The position numbers were made by a program, and so were the translations under genes. Shown here one piece after another: positions 18,366 through 27,528 of a DNA stretch of 60,237 bases. Origin of the DNA: a virus (Duplodnaviria; Caudoviricetes). The first letter of the stretch is position 1. Each line of letters opens with the position of its first letter. The notes under the pieces are model-generated. The model searched no databases, was not told the DNA's origin, and saw only the letters and a program-made list of their open reading frames with translations. The stretch spans positions 1 to 60,237 of IMG/VR virus record IMGVR_UViG_3300045110_000134; one strand, given 5' to 3'.

Positions 18366-19457
18366 TCAACCTACGTCCCAGTGCTCTTGCTCGGGCACCA
18401 GGGTTCCCTGCTGCTGTGCTGGTTTGTTGTCCACAAACGTCACGCCGGCCAGTTCTGTCACCTTCTCCAGCGAGCAGAACGTCTTATCTCCCTGCGTGCG
18501 CGTGGAGAACTGGCCCGTCATCATCTGCTTCGGCTTGAGGTACTGAAAGAGACTCTGGTGCCACACGTACATCTTCCAGTCCAAATTCTGGCGGTCGGTG
18601 ACCTCCAGGACCAAGTACGGCTTGGTTTCCTTCTTCGCATTAGGCTTCGTGTTCATCGCAGAGATGGCGTTGATTACTACAACGGTTTCAGTGAGGTTCA
18701 TGTCCGGGTCCGCTTTCTTCGCGTACTTGCAGTCTGCCTTGTGGCCGTTGACCACTCCACAGTCCCCGCACATGATGTCCTCCTTCGGAGACTGCTGCTC
18801 GGGCGCCGGCTGCTTCTTCGTGGGACAACTGGGCAGGTGACCACCGATAGCGTGGCACTGGTTGCACTTCACGTTTCCCACAGGCGCCGGGGCTTGCTTG
18901 CTTGCGCGAGGCTTGTTCTCCTTCGCCAGTTCTTCCTCCAGGTACAGGCCCGCCAATTGCTTCGGGAAAGCCTTCCTGATGGCCAGCCCCTCGGCGCACT
19001 TCCCTAACATGATGTGCGGCTTCGATCGCCACATGAACCCCTGCTTCTCGCCGGGGTAATACTCGTCGTAGCGAGCCGTCGCAGTGAAACTGCACTTCTC
19101 TTCGTGGACGAACTTCCAAATGGTGACCGTGGCAGCAATCGGTTTGTTCTCTGTGTCGTACTCAAACACGGGGTCATCGCTGCCCGCGTAATCATCCGTC
19201 TCGGCTGCTCGCGACCGGAGCAAGTCAACCGTGGTAACGAACGTGAGTTTCTTCTGGCCATCATCCGTGCGGAGGACTGGGACAATCAGCCCGTCGAGCG
19301 GGTGAACGCCCTGGCGCTGACAGTTGTAGAGGTAGACCGCAAACTGGTTGTCATCAAGACCCTTGGCCACGGTGTCGCGGGCAATCTTCACCTGCTCGGA
19401 CGTGATGGCCAAATCTTTTGGTTGTGCCGGGTGTACTGCGAGTGCTTCTGTACTCAT
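18366..19457 (-). CDS. bet: Bet/RecT-family single-strand annealing recombinase with Cys/His repeats and a C-terminal beta domain
   Basis: ARYDEY, MWRSKPHIMLGKCAEGLAIRKAFP..LAGLYLEEE; two CxxC...GH...C units. Confidence 0.88.
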   Translation of the reverse strand: MSTEALAVHPAQPKDLAITSEQVKIARDTVAKGLDDNQFAVYLYNCQRQGVHPLDGLIVPVLRTDDGQKKLTFVTTVDLLRSRAAETDDYAGSDDPVFEYDTENKPIAATVTIWKFVHEEKCSFTATARYDEYYPGEKQGFMWRSKPHIMLGKCAEGLAIRKAFPKQLAGLYLEEELAKENKPRASKQAPAPVGNVKCNQCHAIGGHLPSCPTKKQPAPEQQSPKEDIMCGDCGVVNGHKADCKYAKKADPDMNLTETVVVINAISAMNTKPNAKKETKPYLVLEVTDRQNLDWKMYVWHQSLFQYLKPKQMMTGQFSTRTQGDKTFCSLEKVTELAGVTFVDNKPAQQQGTLVPEQEHWDVG

Positions 19458-20164
19458 CTGGACCTCCCACTAATGATTGGATCGTTGTAGGGGACAATCC
19501 CCGGAATGTTGAGTGTGCCCTTGTCAGCTTTCGCCCTGGCATCAAGCGCGGACTGATTCGGGAGCACGTAGGTCACTGGCACGGTGCCCTTGGCGATGGC
19601 CGCGCAAAGTTTCTTCATGTCAGTAACGCGGGCCTTCCAATTCTCCCGCGTCCCGATCCCGGATGCCTTCTGGTACGTCGGCGCCACGGGTGGAGCAACC
19701 GCGGTTACAGGCGTATCCACGATTGCGGAGACTTCCTCCTCTGTCGCTCCGGACTGTTCAGCCATCGTAGCAATTCGGAGACGTTCTTCCTCCTCAACAA
19801 GCCGCGCAGCTTCTTCCGCCTCGCGCTGCTTCTGCTGGCGAATCTTCTCCTGTTCGGCATCCCATCTCGCAATCTCCAGTTTGACCTGGCGCTCGGCTTC
19901 TTCGAGAGGTTTGTCGCCTTCGGTAAACTTCTTCTGAATCGCCTGGTATGCGGCCCAGGCGGGATTCTTGACACTACTCCAATACTCAAGCCAACGTTTC
20001 CTGAATGGTTTGATCTGCTCAAGCAGTAGAGAGCAAGCAGTGTCGTATGTTGCTTGGTCAGTAATCCGAACGATCTTGGCTGACTCAATTACAGACAGTG
20101 CTTGCGTCTGCAGTTCCTGTTCTTGCGGCTCAGGCTTCCCGGAAATGTTCAACGTGTCCGGCAT
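19454..20164 (-). CDS. Coiled-coil recombination-region protein
   Basis: E/R-rich coil, GIGTRENWKARVTD...IPGI; lies between exonuclease and bet. Confidence 0.75.
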   Translation of the reverse strand: MPDTLNISGKPEPQEQELQTQALSVIESAKIVRITDQATYDTACSLLLEQIKPFRKRWLEYWSSVKNPAWAAYQAIQKKFTEGDKPLEEAERQVKLEIARWDAEQEKIRQQKQREAEEAARLVEEEERLRIATMAEQSGATEEEVSAIVDTPVTAVAPPVAPTYQKASGIGTRENWKARVTDMKKLCAAIAKGTVPVTYVLPNQSALDARAKADKGTLNIPGIVPYNDPIISGRSR

Positions 20165-20765
20165 CAGTCTCCCTCTTGGCTTTCATAAATCTTGCCCAGT
20201 CGTAATCGAAGGTCTGCGGCGGGAATTCTTTTACGGAGTAGGTGCCATCCGATCGCAACGCCAGCGCTATTCGGCGCACGTTCCTAGCCATCTGGTGATT
20301 CTCGTGAATTGTTCTCGCGTACGCAGCCAACTGGAAGCGCACCCAGTCCGGAATTTCTCCAGTCTTGAAATCAACAATCGCGCTGCTTCCAAACGGGTAT
20401 AGCGTGGTCGGCGGCAGTGCTCCGTAGCGGTCCATCGTGCCGGCGAATCCAAAATGCGAAATAAACTGCTTTTCAATATAGTTGCGGTCCGGAATAAACC
20501 CGCTCGCCTTCTTCCAGTCCTGGTACGCCTTCCGGTACGGTCGCAGGCGAATCGGCACCCTCCGCCAATCGAGTGCTCCCTCGTCCTCCAGTTGCAGCAA
20601 CCAGTGAACTGACGTCCCACGCTGCATTGACGCAATGCGAATCTCCTCTTCGACAAACGAGAAATCACAGATGCCCGCGTATGCGAGGATCTGTGTAACG
20701 GACGGGATAATCCTCCCTTGAACATCACGGTACTCATGTAATTCTCGATCGAAGAGGATGGTCAA
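20130..20765 (-). CDS. PD-(D/E)XK exonuclease
   Basis: IPSVTQIL, RGTSVH, GFAGTMDR, IVDFKTG, FQLAAY. Confidence 0.88.
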   Translation of the reverse strand: MTILFDRELHEYRDVQGRIIPSVTQILAYAGICDFSFVEEEIRIASMQRGTSVHWLLQLEDEGALDWRRVPIRLRPYRKAYQDWKKASGFIPDRNYIEKQFISHFGFAGTMDRYGALPPTTLYPFGSSAIVDFKTGEIPDWVRFQLAAYARTIHENHQMARNVRRIALALRSDGTYSVKEFPPQTFDYDWARFMKAKRETDAGHVEHFREA

Positions 20766-20926
20766 AACGAATCCCCAATGAACGTTGTGTTTCGTTCATC
20801 ATCCCACCAGACAGCCTTAGCCTCATGGTAAAGTCCGCCTTCTATCTGCGGCTTTTCCAGCACAAGGCGCACTAGGGAACCTGGTGGAGCCTCGGAAAGT
20901 TGTTTAATGATTTGCTCGACAGTCAT
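20762..20926 (-). CDS. Hypothetical protein (MTVEQIIKQL...)
   Basis: Common phage MTVxxLIxxL start; coupled to the exonuclease. Confidence 0.6.
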   Translation of the reverse strand: MTVEQIIKQLSEAPPGSLVRLVLEKPQIEGGLYHEAKAVWWDDERNTTFIGDSF

Positions 20927-20931
20927 TTGGG

Positions 20932-21132
20932 TTATTTGCCTTTTACGATGCGCTCGGCGCGGTCCTGGCAGAATCCGCAATAAACTTCAGTCTTTTTGCC
21001 GCGGTCTACAGTTTTCCAGCCAAGCATCTCCGCAATGGCCATAGTGTCATCACCCTTGCGGTGCTGCCTAATGTCAATCTGCTCGCCACACTCACCGTCA
21101 CAAGCGAGACTGTAGGTGGTTAGGATGCTCAT
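20932..21132 (-). CDS. Zinc-binding hypothetical protein
   Basis: CDGECG...GW...YCGFC. Confidence 0.65.
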   Translation of the reverse strand: MSILTTYSLACDGECGEQIDIRQHRKGDDTMAIAEMLGWKTVDRGKKTEVYCGFCQDRAERIVKGK

Positions 21133-21329
21133 CTGCGAAAGTTCTTAGCTTCGGGACAGTTCGCCCAGTGACTCTCTACGTTTCCGTCCGCATCTACGTC
21201 CATGGGCATCTTCTTGTTGCGGGGTGTGATCCACCATTCTATGGCGGCGCCACACCCCCGGCAGTTGGCCTGGTTGTCGAACTTGTAGCCAGCCTTCACA
21301 AGCTCGTCGGTGGTTTCTGGAAAGGGCAT
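21129..21329 (-). CDS. Zinc-binding hypothetical protein
   Basis: CRGCGAAIEWW.T...KKMPMD...SHWANCP. Confidence 0.75.
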   Translation of the reverse strand: MPFPETTDELVKAGYKFDNQANCRGCGAAIEWWITPRNKKMPMDVDADGNVESHWANCPEAKNFRR

Positions 21330-21331
21330 GG

Positions 21332-21718
21332 CTAGTCCGGTTGAGCCTCGGACTCTTCGGCTTGCTCTCCTGCCTCTACCGTTTCGGCTGGCGCGGATTC
21401 GTCCAGGTCCTCCTCTGGTCGCACGCGCACCTTTACGGTCTCCTCTTCCACCTGAACCTTAACCGAGATGCCGTTGCGTTTGTAATCTTTCAATCCCTTG
21501 GCGTGCATCAGGTCGAGCAGTTTCTTCTTTAGGTCTACTTCTTTTGTGGTGAGCTCCTGGCGCTCGTCCCGAATCTCGGCATAGTCCAGTGCAGCATTCT
21601 CAATCGCTGCAATCTTGACGTCTCCAACTCCAGGCAAGACCTCCTGGCGCGGGATGCGGCGCTTCTTTTCAACTGGCTTCTTGGCGGATTTCTTCTTTGC
21701 TGCCTTCTTCTTGGCCAT
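21332..21718 (-). CDS. Protein with histone-like K/A-rich N-terminus and acidic tail
   Basis: MAKKKAAKKKSAKK; AAGGA RBS. Confidence 0.75.
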   Translation of the reverse strand: MAKKKAAKKKSAKKPVEKKRRIPRQEVLPGVGDVKIAAIENAALDYAEIRDERQELTTKEVDLKKKLLDLMHAKGLKDYKRNGISVKVQVEEETVKVRVRPEEDLDESAPAETVEAGEQAEESEAQPD

Positions 21719-21720
21719 GA

Positions 21721-22140
21721 TTATCCTTTCAGGTTCCAGCGGTCTCCGGATTTTTCAATCAACTGTAAGTTTTTTAGGCGTGCGGTGGCCTCATCGAGCG
21801 TAGACCATCCGCTTTTGGTCGCTTGTCTCAACTGCGAACGACTGAGCGGGCCATGATCGAGGATTGCCTGGATCACACGAGACACGCATTTGTCCCTACC
21901 AAATTTCTCCATCCAGGCGGACCACTTTGGATCGAACTGCGGCGCCGCGGCGCCGGCTGGCATGGCTACCTCGTCCCCGCCCGCCATGCGTAAGCCCTGA
22001 CGGATGACTGCGATGGATTGCATCACGCGGGACAGTGCCTCCTGAACCTGGCGCTGATACTCCTCGAACTCCTCGCGTAGCTCCTGTAGACGGTCTACTG
22101 GTTGTTCGTACACCTGCCCCTCAAGCAGCGGTTGGGCCAT
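21721..22140 (-). CDS. Coiled-coil plus C-terminal winged-helix-like protein
   Basis: ILDHGPLSRSQLRQAT...TLDEATARLKNLQLIEKSGDRW; GGAGG RBS. Confidence 0.65.
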   Translation of the reverse strand: MAQPLLEGQVYEQPVDRLQELREEFEEYQRQVQEALSRVMQSIAVIRQGLRMAGGDEVAMPAGAAAPQFDPKWSAWMEKFGRDKCVSRVIQAILDHGPLSRSQLRQATKSGWSTLDEATARLKNLQLIEKSGDRWNLKG

Positions 22141-22741
22141 TGGCGTCCTCCGATGCTTTGGCTGCGAGTGCTGGCCGGAATCCGCGCCATGCCTGCTCGG
22201 TCATAGCCGGATCACCGCAGCGCTCAATCTGGCGCAGGGCAGACAGGGTAATCCGGATCGCATTCAGGTTATGGCGTACTTCTTTGAATTTGTCCGACGC
22301 CATCACGGATTCGTGCTCAACCAGGCGCTCCCCGCGAATCCAGCGGCGCCCCTGGTCTCGCAGCTTGGTCAGTTCGCGGAATCGGTCAATGTTTGGGGTT
22401 GGCGAGTCTGGTGCGACCTTGCGGGCCTTCTGCATGTACGCCCGGTCCAGGTCTTGAACGGTAGGAATTTCTCCGATGAATCCGAACTCGTCCTGCCAAG
22501 CGTAATCGTCCATCGGCTTGCGGGACATCCACACAGCTACGCCCGCGTCCTCATGACCAGGTGCATTGTGCGTGACGAGCCCGTAGGTAACCTTGGACAG
22601 CTTCATCTCGCGCTCCAGGGCGGATAGCGTGTCTCCGTAGGTCAGCTTCCAAGCGTTCTGTGGCTTACGGTCCTGGAAGCGGGTCCGTGGCCTGTCCGGT
22701 GGCCACTTCAACGGAGTCTCATTGAACAGTTCGAGAGTCAC
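22121..22741 (-). CDS. Phage J-domain-associated family protein with internal degenerate J domain
   Basis: PLKWPPDRPRT, DAGVAVW, NLNAIRITLSALRQIER; J-like LDRAYMQKARKVAPD...FREL. Confidence 0.6.
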   Translation of the reverse strand: MTLELFNETPLKWPPDRPRTRFQDRKPQNAWKLTYGDTLSALEREMKLSKVTYGLVTHNAPGHEDAGVAVWMSRKPMDDYAWQDEFGFIGEIPTVQDLDRAYMQKARKVAPDSPTPNIDRFRELTKLRDQGRRWIRGERLVEHESVMASDKFKEVRHNLNAIRITLSALRQIERCGDPAMTEQAWRGFRPALAAKASEDANGPTAA

Positions 22742-22890
22742 CTTGCCTCCAGTGCCTTCTCAATCAGCACCGCGGCCTGTTGCGTGGTGGACCGTCGCTC
22801 GGCGTTCGCGAGGACCTTGACTCGCTCAACTAGGTCACGGCGTACCCGGAGACGCCAAACGATTACCTCTTTGGGTTTCTTGGTTGCCAT
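22738..22890 (-). CDS. Arc-like ribbon-helix-helix regulator
   Basis: WRLRVRRDLVERVKVLANAERRSTTQQAAVLIEKAL. Confidence 0.75.
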   Translation of the reverse strand: MATKKPKEVIVWRLRVRRDLVERVKVLANAERRSTTQQAAVLIEKALEAR

Positions 22891-22901
22891 AGTGTAGGCA
22901 G

Positions 22902-22930
22902 GTTGTACCGCGAACGGCACAATCTGTCAA
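22902..22930 (-). promoter_or_regulatory. Sigma70-type promoter for the leftward recombination/sugar operon
   Basis: Minus strand TTGACA-17 nt-TACAAC, 11 nt upstream of the RHH ATG. Confidence 0.65.
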
Positions 22931-22937
22931 GCGTGGA

Positions 22938-23285
22938 TTATTTCTTACGCATGAACCCTGGCAACTCGCCACGGTCCTTCCGCGCCTGGGCGATAATCTT
23001 GCTAGCGACACTCCTCCGCCTTGCGGTCAAGCTCCTGTTCTGGCTGGCTATAGCAGTCGCAACCTTGAAGGGGAGTGCCAGCCGAACCACTGAACCAGCC
23101 TCGTCAACAGACTCGATGAAGATGCGGTCCCCATCCTCATGTCGAGCCGTTTGCACGATGAACGTCTCGCTGCGACCTGTCACACTCTCGATTACTTTGA
23201 TGGTTGAGGGTTTTGTCATCATCGCAGCTTGCTTCGATGAACCGTACAGCCTGTCGTATTTGCTGATAGTGTTGTCTTGATCCAC
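22938..23285 (-). CDS. Hypothetical protein
   Basis: GAGGAGG before GTG 23285; extended -10 TGgTAAAAT at 23314-23322. Confidence 0.65.
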   Translation of the reverse strand: MDQDNTISKYDRLYGSSKQAAMMTKPSTIKVIESVTGRSETFIVQTARHEDGDRIFIESVDEAGSVVRLALPFKVATAIASQNRSLTARRRSVASKIIAQARKDRGELPGFMRKK

Positions 23286-23424
23286 TTGTGCAATCCTCCT
23301 CGATTGCACCCCTATTTTACCAACCTGTGATTTACGCGATTCGCCTTTTAGCCAGTATCCATGCGGGTTTGACGCACTTGGCGTAGAGTGTTTTGCCTCT
23401 GAGAGAAATTAGGTGAGAGATTGG

Positions 23425-23490
23425 CGTGGAGTCTAGATGTGGATTTCCTGTGGAAAGTGTGTGGAAGTCTACGCCAGATTTATTTTTTTG
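23425..23490. other. Candidate replication origin element: DnaA-box-like 9-mers plus T-rich tract
   Basis: TGTGGATTT 23438, TGTGGAAAG 23449, TGTGGAAGT 23460 (11-bp period), then ATTTATTTTTTT; consensus box TTATACACA at 23774-23782. Confidence 0.45.
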
Positions 23491-23597
23491 CTGCTAAAGC
23501 CAACGCCCCCGGATTTGGTCCGAGGGCATGAAGAACAGCGTTGGCGCCGGGCAGGCAATGCGATAGTTTCAAAAGTGGGCACCCCCTGTCAAGGCCA

Positions 23598-23626
23598 TTG
23601 ACATTTGTACGCTCCGGGACTAAGGT
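23598..23626 (+). promoter_or_regulatory. Sigma70-type rightward promoter of the replication block
   Basis: TTGACA-17 nt-TAAGGT; back-to-back with a reverse TTGACA at 23587-23592. Confidence 0.7.
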
Positions 23627-23701
23627 GCTTTTCGTCTGACCTACCTTTTGTAAAACACTTCACTCGCTGTGCTGGGCAGGTAGTTCAAGACAAAAACCGA
23701 G

Positions 23702-23953
23702 GCTAGTCCTTCGCTCTTGCGAGTGAACAGTTGCTTCGCGGCACTGCTTGCTACTGGGAAAAAACGGGCCGCTTTATACACAGTTACCCTCGAAAAAGGT
23801 AGGGGGATGAATTCACCAAACGACAAAATCCGGGCAACGGGCTTGGTAGTTGATCCAGGCATACGACATACGTCCCGGTCCTACGGGTGCAGGCGGTAGC
23901 CTGTCTTCTACGTCGTCGTGTGTTCAAGAACTTACTGGGCTAGCGAAGCGAGA
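23702..23953 (+). ncRNA. Candidate structured leader or primer RNA
   Basis: Nested pairings 23702-09/23937-44, 23724-29/23921-26 and 23743-51/23889-97; local hairpins. Confidence 0.35.
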
Positions 23954-24005
23954 AGAGACAAATCCCCTAACACCCGAGGGGAATGTCGTTGTATTGGGAG
24001 AATTC

Positions 24006-24446
24006 ATGCTTATTGAGCGTATTTACGAGGCCTATCCGCGCCACGTCGGACGCCGGAAAGCGCTCCTCGAAATCGAACGAGCTCTCAGGCGGATCAGACA
24101 AGAGGCGCCAAACCTAAACAGCAAGTCGGACCTTGAAGTAGCCGAAATGATGATTAACACGGTCAAGATTTACGCGGCTTCCCCGGCCGGCAAGCGTCAG
24201 AGTTTCACTCCACACCCTACAACCTGGTTTCACCAATCGAGGTATCTGGATGACCCGGAAGAGTGGTTCCACGACAACTCAGGAACAAAGCAAGATGACA
24301 TTGCAAGGCGAAACACAGACACGCTCGCTGCTGTCTTTGGAAAACTGCCTGATGCGAACCGGACTTCTGTTTTCGCGCTCACTGACGGTGGAGGAGGCCC
24401 AGGTCTGGAAAGACTTCCTAAGCAGTTATCCCTCCTTGGCGATTGA
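24006..24446 (+). CDS. Replication initiator-like protein (C-terminal replisome-organiser domain only)
   Basis: GGAG RBS; YEAYPRHVGRRKAL...FTPHPTTWFHQSRYLDD. Confidence 0.7.
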   Translation: MLIERIYEAYPRHVGRRKALLEIERALRRIRQEAPNLNSKSDLEVAEMMINTVKIYAASPAGKRQSFTPHPTTWFHQSRYLDDPEEWFHDNSGTKQDDIARRNTDTLAAVFGKLPDANRTSVFALTDGGGGPGLERLPKQLSLLGD

Positions 24447-24714
24447 GTACGCATTCGAGAACTGGCAACGCAACGGCCACTACTTCCCCAAGCCGGCCCA
24501 GATCCTTGAACTCATCCGCGCCTACAGCATTGAGCATCGCAGCGATTACGTCCATCGCTACGAGCACCACGGGGAGGGCTATAGCGCTGCTGATGTAATT
24601 CTGCTCTGGAAGATTTTTCACGAAAAATATCCAGACCCGCTTACGAAATCCTTAACCTACGAACAACGACAGGACTTGATAGACGAACTTGACCGGCGCA
24701 AGGCGGCTGCATGA
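24295..24714 (+). CDS. Helicase loader/loader-inhibitor-like protein
   Basis: W..FL..YP...IEYAF..W......FPKPAQI pattern of genes following phage initiators; start uncertain. Confidence 0.55.
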   Translation: MTLQGETQTRSLLSLENCLMRTGLLFSRSLTVEEAQVWKDFLSSYPSLAIEYAFENWQRNGHYFPKPAQILELIRAYSIEHRSDYVHRYEHHGEGYSAADVILLWKIFHEKYPDPLTKSLTYEQRQDLIDELDRRKAAA

Positions 24715-25016
24715 CCGACGAAGAGATTTCCCGGCTGCTGCGCCGGCAGGGGTTCATGGTCCCAGTATGTTCGGTCGTGTTATGGGACAAGAAGTTTGTC
24801 CGTCCAGCCGTGGAACAGTGGTTGAAGTTCATTCATTCCGATCGCAGGGGACGCCCCACCTGGCGCCCCGCCATTTTGGAGAAATATCAATGGGTACAGC
24901 CAACGCACCAGAAATCAGAACCACCGAATTCAACCTTAGCCCACAAGATCGAGCAGAGGCCCGAGACTCATTCGTCCGCTCGTTTGAGAGGCAGTTCGCG
25001 GACTGGTCAGAAATAG
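24711..25016 (+). CDS. Hypothetical protein
   Basis: ATGA coupling; 3' end overlaps the next gene. Confidence 0.45.
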   Translation: MTDEEISRLLRRQGFMVPVCSVVLWDKKFVRPAVEQWLKFIHSDRRGRPTWRPAILEKYQWVQPTHQKSEPPNSTLAHKIEQRPETHSSARLRGSSRTGQK

Positions 25017-25465
25017 CCCGCGTCTGCTGCCAAGTGGAGCAGGACAAAGATTACCTACTGCTCGGGTTCCATTCGTTCGGTGCTTGGCTGATCGAGGCTG
25101 CTCCGCGGTCGAGGTCGTACATCTACCTGGTCATGGGACGCTACAAGGAACTTTCTCCAGACATATCGGACGCAGAACTGGCGGAGATCCCGCTCGAATC
25201 GGCCGGCGTACTGAAGCAACTGTCCTCGGGGGTGCGGCGCCAGTCCAAAGTTAGACAACAGGCCAAGGGTAAGGCGAGTGACTTGGTGGTTGCCATCCAG
25301 AAGGACTTTCCAGACCAGCACGTTGAGGGTATTGTGGAGCGGAAGTTAAAGTTCACGACGTCACAGTGGCAACGCATTGAACTGGCCTACGAAATCTTCA
25401 AAGTGCAAGATGAAAGCGCGAGTCTCGAAACGTTCATCGAGTGGCTGGTGAGTGAACGCTTTTGA
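24890..25465 (+). CDS. Hypothetical protein, possibly DNA-binding
   Basis: GGAG RBS before ATG 24890; LGFHSFGAWL...RSRSYIY motif. Confidence 0.7.
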   Translation: MGTANAPEIRTTEFNLSPQDRAEARDSFVRSFERQFADWSEIARVCCQVEQDKDYLLLGFHSFGAWLIEAAPRSRSYIYLVMGRYKELSPDISDAELAEIPLESAGVLKQLSSGVRRQSKVRQQAKGKASDLVVAIQKDFPDQHVEGIVERKLKFTTSQWQRIELAYEIFKVQDESASLETFIEWLVSERF

Positions 25466-25758
25466 TTAAGACCACCAAAGACGGCCGCACGATACGCGAG
25501 GGGAAGGACTACACCATTTTCCGCTGGCAACTCTGGGAGAGGCAGACGGTTGGAATGTGCGCCAGATGTCACAAGGGTACCAGCCTTAGCGCGGACCCTG
25601 AGGATTACAACTCGTTCCACGTTCATCACGTTAACGGCCGCGGAATGGGCGGAGGCAAGCGAGACGATACCTTTGAAGCTTGCGTAGGCTTGTGTGGCGC
25701 CTGCCACCGCAAGGAACACGGGCAAGGCTATAGCAACGTCACCGTGTCCGACTTGTAA
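25462..25758 (+). CDS. HNH endonuclease
   Basis: CARC...HVHHVNGRGMGGGKRDD...LCGACHRKEH. Confidence 0.85.
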   Translation: MIKTTKDGRTIREGKDYTIFRWQLWERQTVGMCARCHKGTSLSADPEDYNSFHVHHVNGRGMGGGKRDDTFEACVGLCGACHRKEHGQGYSNVTVSDL

Positions 25759-25967
25759 GGTTTGGTTTTCGTGGTCGCAGTGATCGTCACCGGGCCGGCC
25801 AGCGCGGAAGCATCTGCGGTAAATTTTCCGTGATCGTCAATCGCTCCATTGCCAGAACATTTCCAGGTAACTCCCTTTTTGGCTTTGTCGCCAGCTACGG
25901 CAGCGTCAAACTGGATAGAAGTGTTTTGCTCGAACTTTGCAGACTTGGGACTGATAGTTACGTTCAT
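25728..25967 (-). CDS. Stand-alone Ig-like (Big_2-type) domain protein
   Basis: AAGGAG RBS; VTISPKSA...QFDAAV...VTW...GAIDDHGKFTA...VTITAT. Confidence 0.7.
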   Translation of the reverse strand: MNVTISPKSAKFEQNTSIQFDAAVAGDKAKKGVTWKCSGNGAIDDHGKFTADASALAGPVTITATTKTKPYKSDTVTLL

Positions 25968-26039
25968 ATGGGGTTCTCCTTTAGAAAAATGCTACATTGG
26001 CTCTGAGTTCGAGACTGAGCAAAATTGCACGGAGGCAGA

Positions 26040-26537
26040 ATGGCTACTCCACAACAGAGAACTAGAGACAACCTGACGGCCCGCGGCTACCTGGTCGGAA
26101 CCGTGGAAGGCAAGAAGCGGTTCCCGGATCGCAAGAAGCACGCTTGCCGCGCCTGTGGCCATGTTCCGATGATTGAAATATCGGTAGACCTTTGGAGTGT
26201 CTTCGACATCGTGGCCATCTGTCCAGAATCCGGCCTTGCTGTAGATCCAATCGTGTTTGTCCAGACCACCAGCCGCGCCAACCATTCCACCAGGCGCAAC
26301 AAGATCCTGGGCAGCATGGAAGCCAAGTTAGTCCTGCTGTCGGGCGCTCGCATCCTGCTCCAGTCCTGGGCGCAAGACGATCGCGGGCGCTGGCATCCGT
26401 TTGACGAGTGGATAACTTTGAAGGAATTTGAATCGGCACACTTCTATCCCAACACAGTTGCGGAATTGCTAGAGATTCGGCGGAAGGAAAAGAAACCAGA
26501 CTTGCCGGCAGGATCTACGCTACCGCTTACGGTTTGA
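26040..26537 (+). CDS. PD-(D/E)XK Holliday junction resolvase-like nuclease
   Basis: GGAGG RBS; L.ARGYLV...DLWSVFDIVAI...FVQTTS. Confidence 0.65.
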   Translation: MATPQQRTRDNLTARGYLVGTVEGKKRFPDRKKHACRACGHVPMIEISVDLWSVFDIVAICPESGLAVDPIVFVQTTSRANHSTRRNKILGSMEAKLVLLSGARILLQSWAQDDRGRWHPFDEWITLKEFESAHFYPNTVAELLEIRRKEKKPDLPAGSTLPLTV

Positions 26538-26541
26538 CCTA

Positions 26542-27528
26542 CTACTTACCCAAGCGGGCTTGGGCGTATGCTTCGGCAAACTTCAGAACACTTCTACCCG
26601 ACAAGGTTGAGAAGGGATGATATTCCGGGTGGCCTTCCCAGAACTCCTCTGCGGACATAAACGCCCTCTCAGGCTGAGAGGCGGCTCTATTCGCACGCTT
26701 GCGAAATTCATATATAGCTGATTGCAGGGCTCGAAAGTGATCACTGAGCAAGTCGATGTCGGCGGTTTCACATCCATCAGTCGCAGCCTTCTGGTCATAC
26801 TCATTCCGCACTTTAAGATAGTTCTCGGCGGCGGTTGCCAAGTAGCCAGCATGTTCAATTGCGTAGTCTTGTGATGTGCGTGGCTCAGGCTGGGAGGCGG
26901 AGTCGGCCATTTTGTCCCATTGGTGAATTCCAGCGTGACCAAGAGGCAATGTGCAGCGAAATTTCCGTATGACTACTCCACACACAGGCTCCCTATTCGG
27001 CTCGGACGCGACTATCTCAGCATTTTCAATAGAATTGCTCTTAGCTAGGTCTCGAACTTTCGGTAGCGTGAGAGAACTCGGACCAACCTCCGGCTCGGAC
27101 GCGGCGGCTTCGAGAAGCGCCCTCCACTCACTGCAGCCGACTTTTTGGGTGTGCTTTCCGCCATGACCGTCTGCGAGTAGCCAACACGTCCCGAGAATCT
27201 CCTGTTCTTCCTGTGGCCCACCCTCCGGCGCTGCGGGGCGCACGGCCTCGGGATTCATGTAGGCGTGCATGACTTTGTGCCCTGTCCGATAGGTGCAGTG
27301 GCACTTCGTCAAATCCTGTGTGCATTCGCCGTGCTTGCCATCTCCGCACGCATCTGATACAGGCTCACCATGACGATGCTTATAGCCCTTTGAGAATGGC
27401 CCACCCTCCGGCGCTGCGGCCTCGGCATAGCCTTCGCGTTCTTCGTCTGACATCGGATGGCTCTCCTTGTAATCTGACCATTTCGTGTGACCCTCCGGCG
27501 CTGCGGGGCGCTGGAATGGATGCCACAT
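26542..27528 (-). CDS. Mosaic accessory protein built of modules separated by AAPEG/ASEP/ASQPE linkers
   Basis: Linker peptides encoded by near-identical DNA repeats; start uncertain. Confidence 0.6.
   Translation of the reverse strand: MWHPFQRPAAPEGHTKWSDYKESHPMSDEEREGYAEAAAPEGGPFSKGYKHRHGEPVSDACGDGKHGECTQDLTKCHCTYRTGHKVMHAYMNPEAVRPAAPEGGPQEEQEILGTCWLLADGHGGKHTQKVGCSEWRALLEAAASEPEVGPSSLTLPKVRDLAKSNSIENAEIVASEPNREPVCGVVIRKFRCTLPLGHAGIHQWDKMADSASQPEPRTSQDYAIEHAGYLATAAENYLKVRNEYDQKAATDGCETADIDLLSDHFRALQSAIYEFRKRANRAASQPERAFMSAEEFWEGHPEYHPFSTLSGRSVLKFAEAYAQARLGK
27214..27511. repeat. Three copies of an ACCCTCCGGCGCTGCGG core
   Basis: Copies at about 27220, 27403 and 27490; pairwise identity extends to 22-23 bp. 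Confidence 0.9.
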
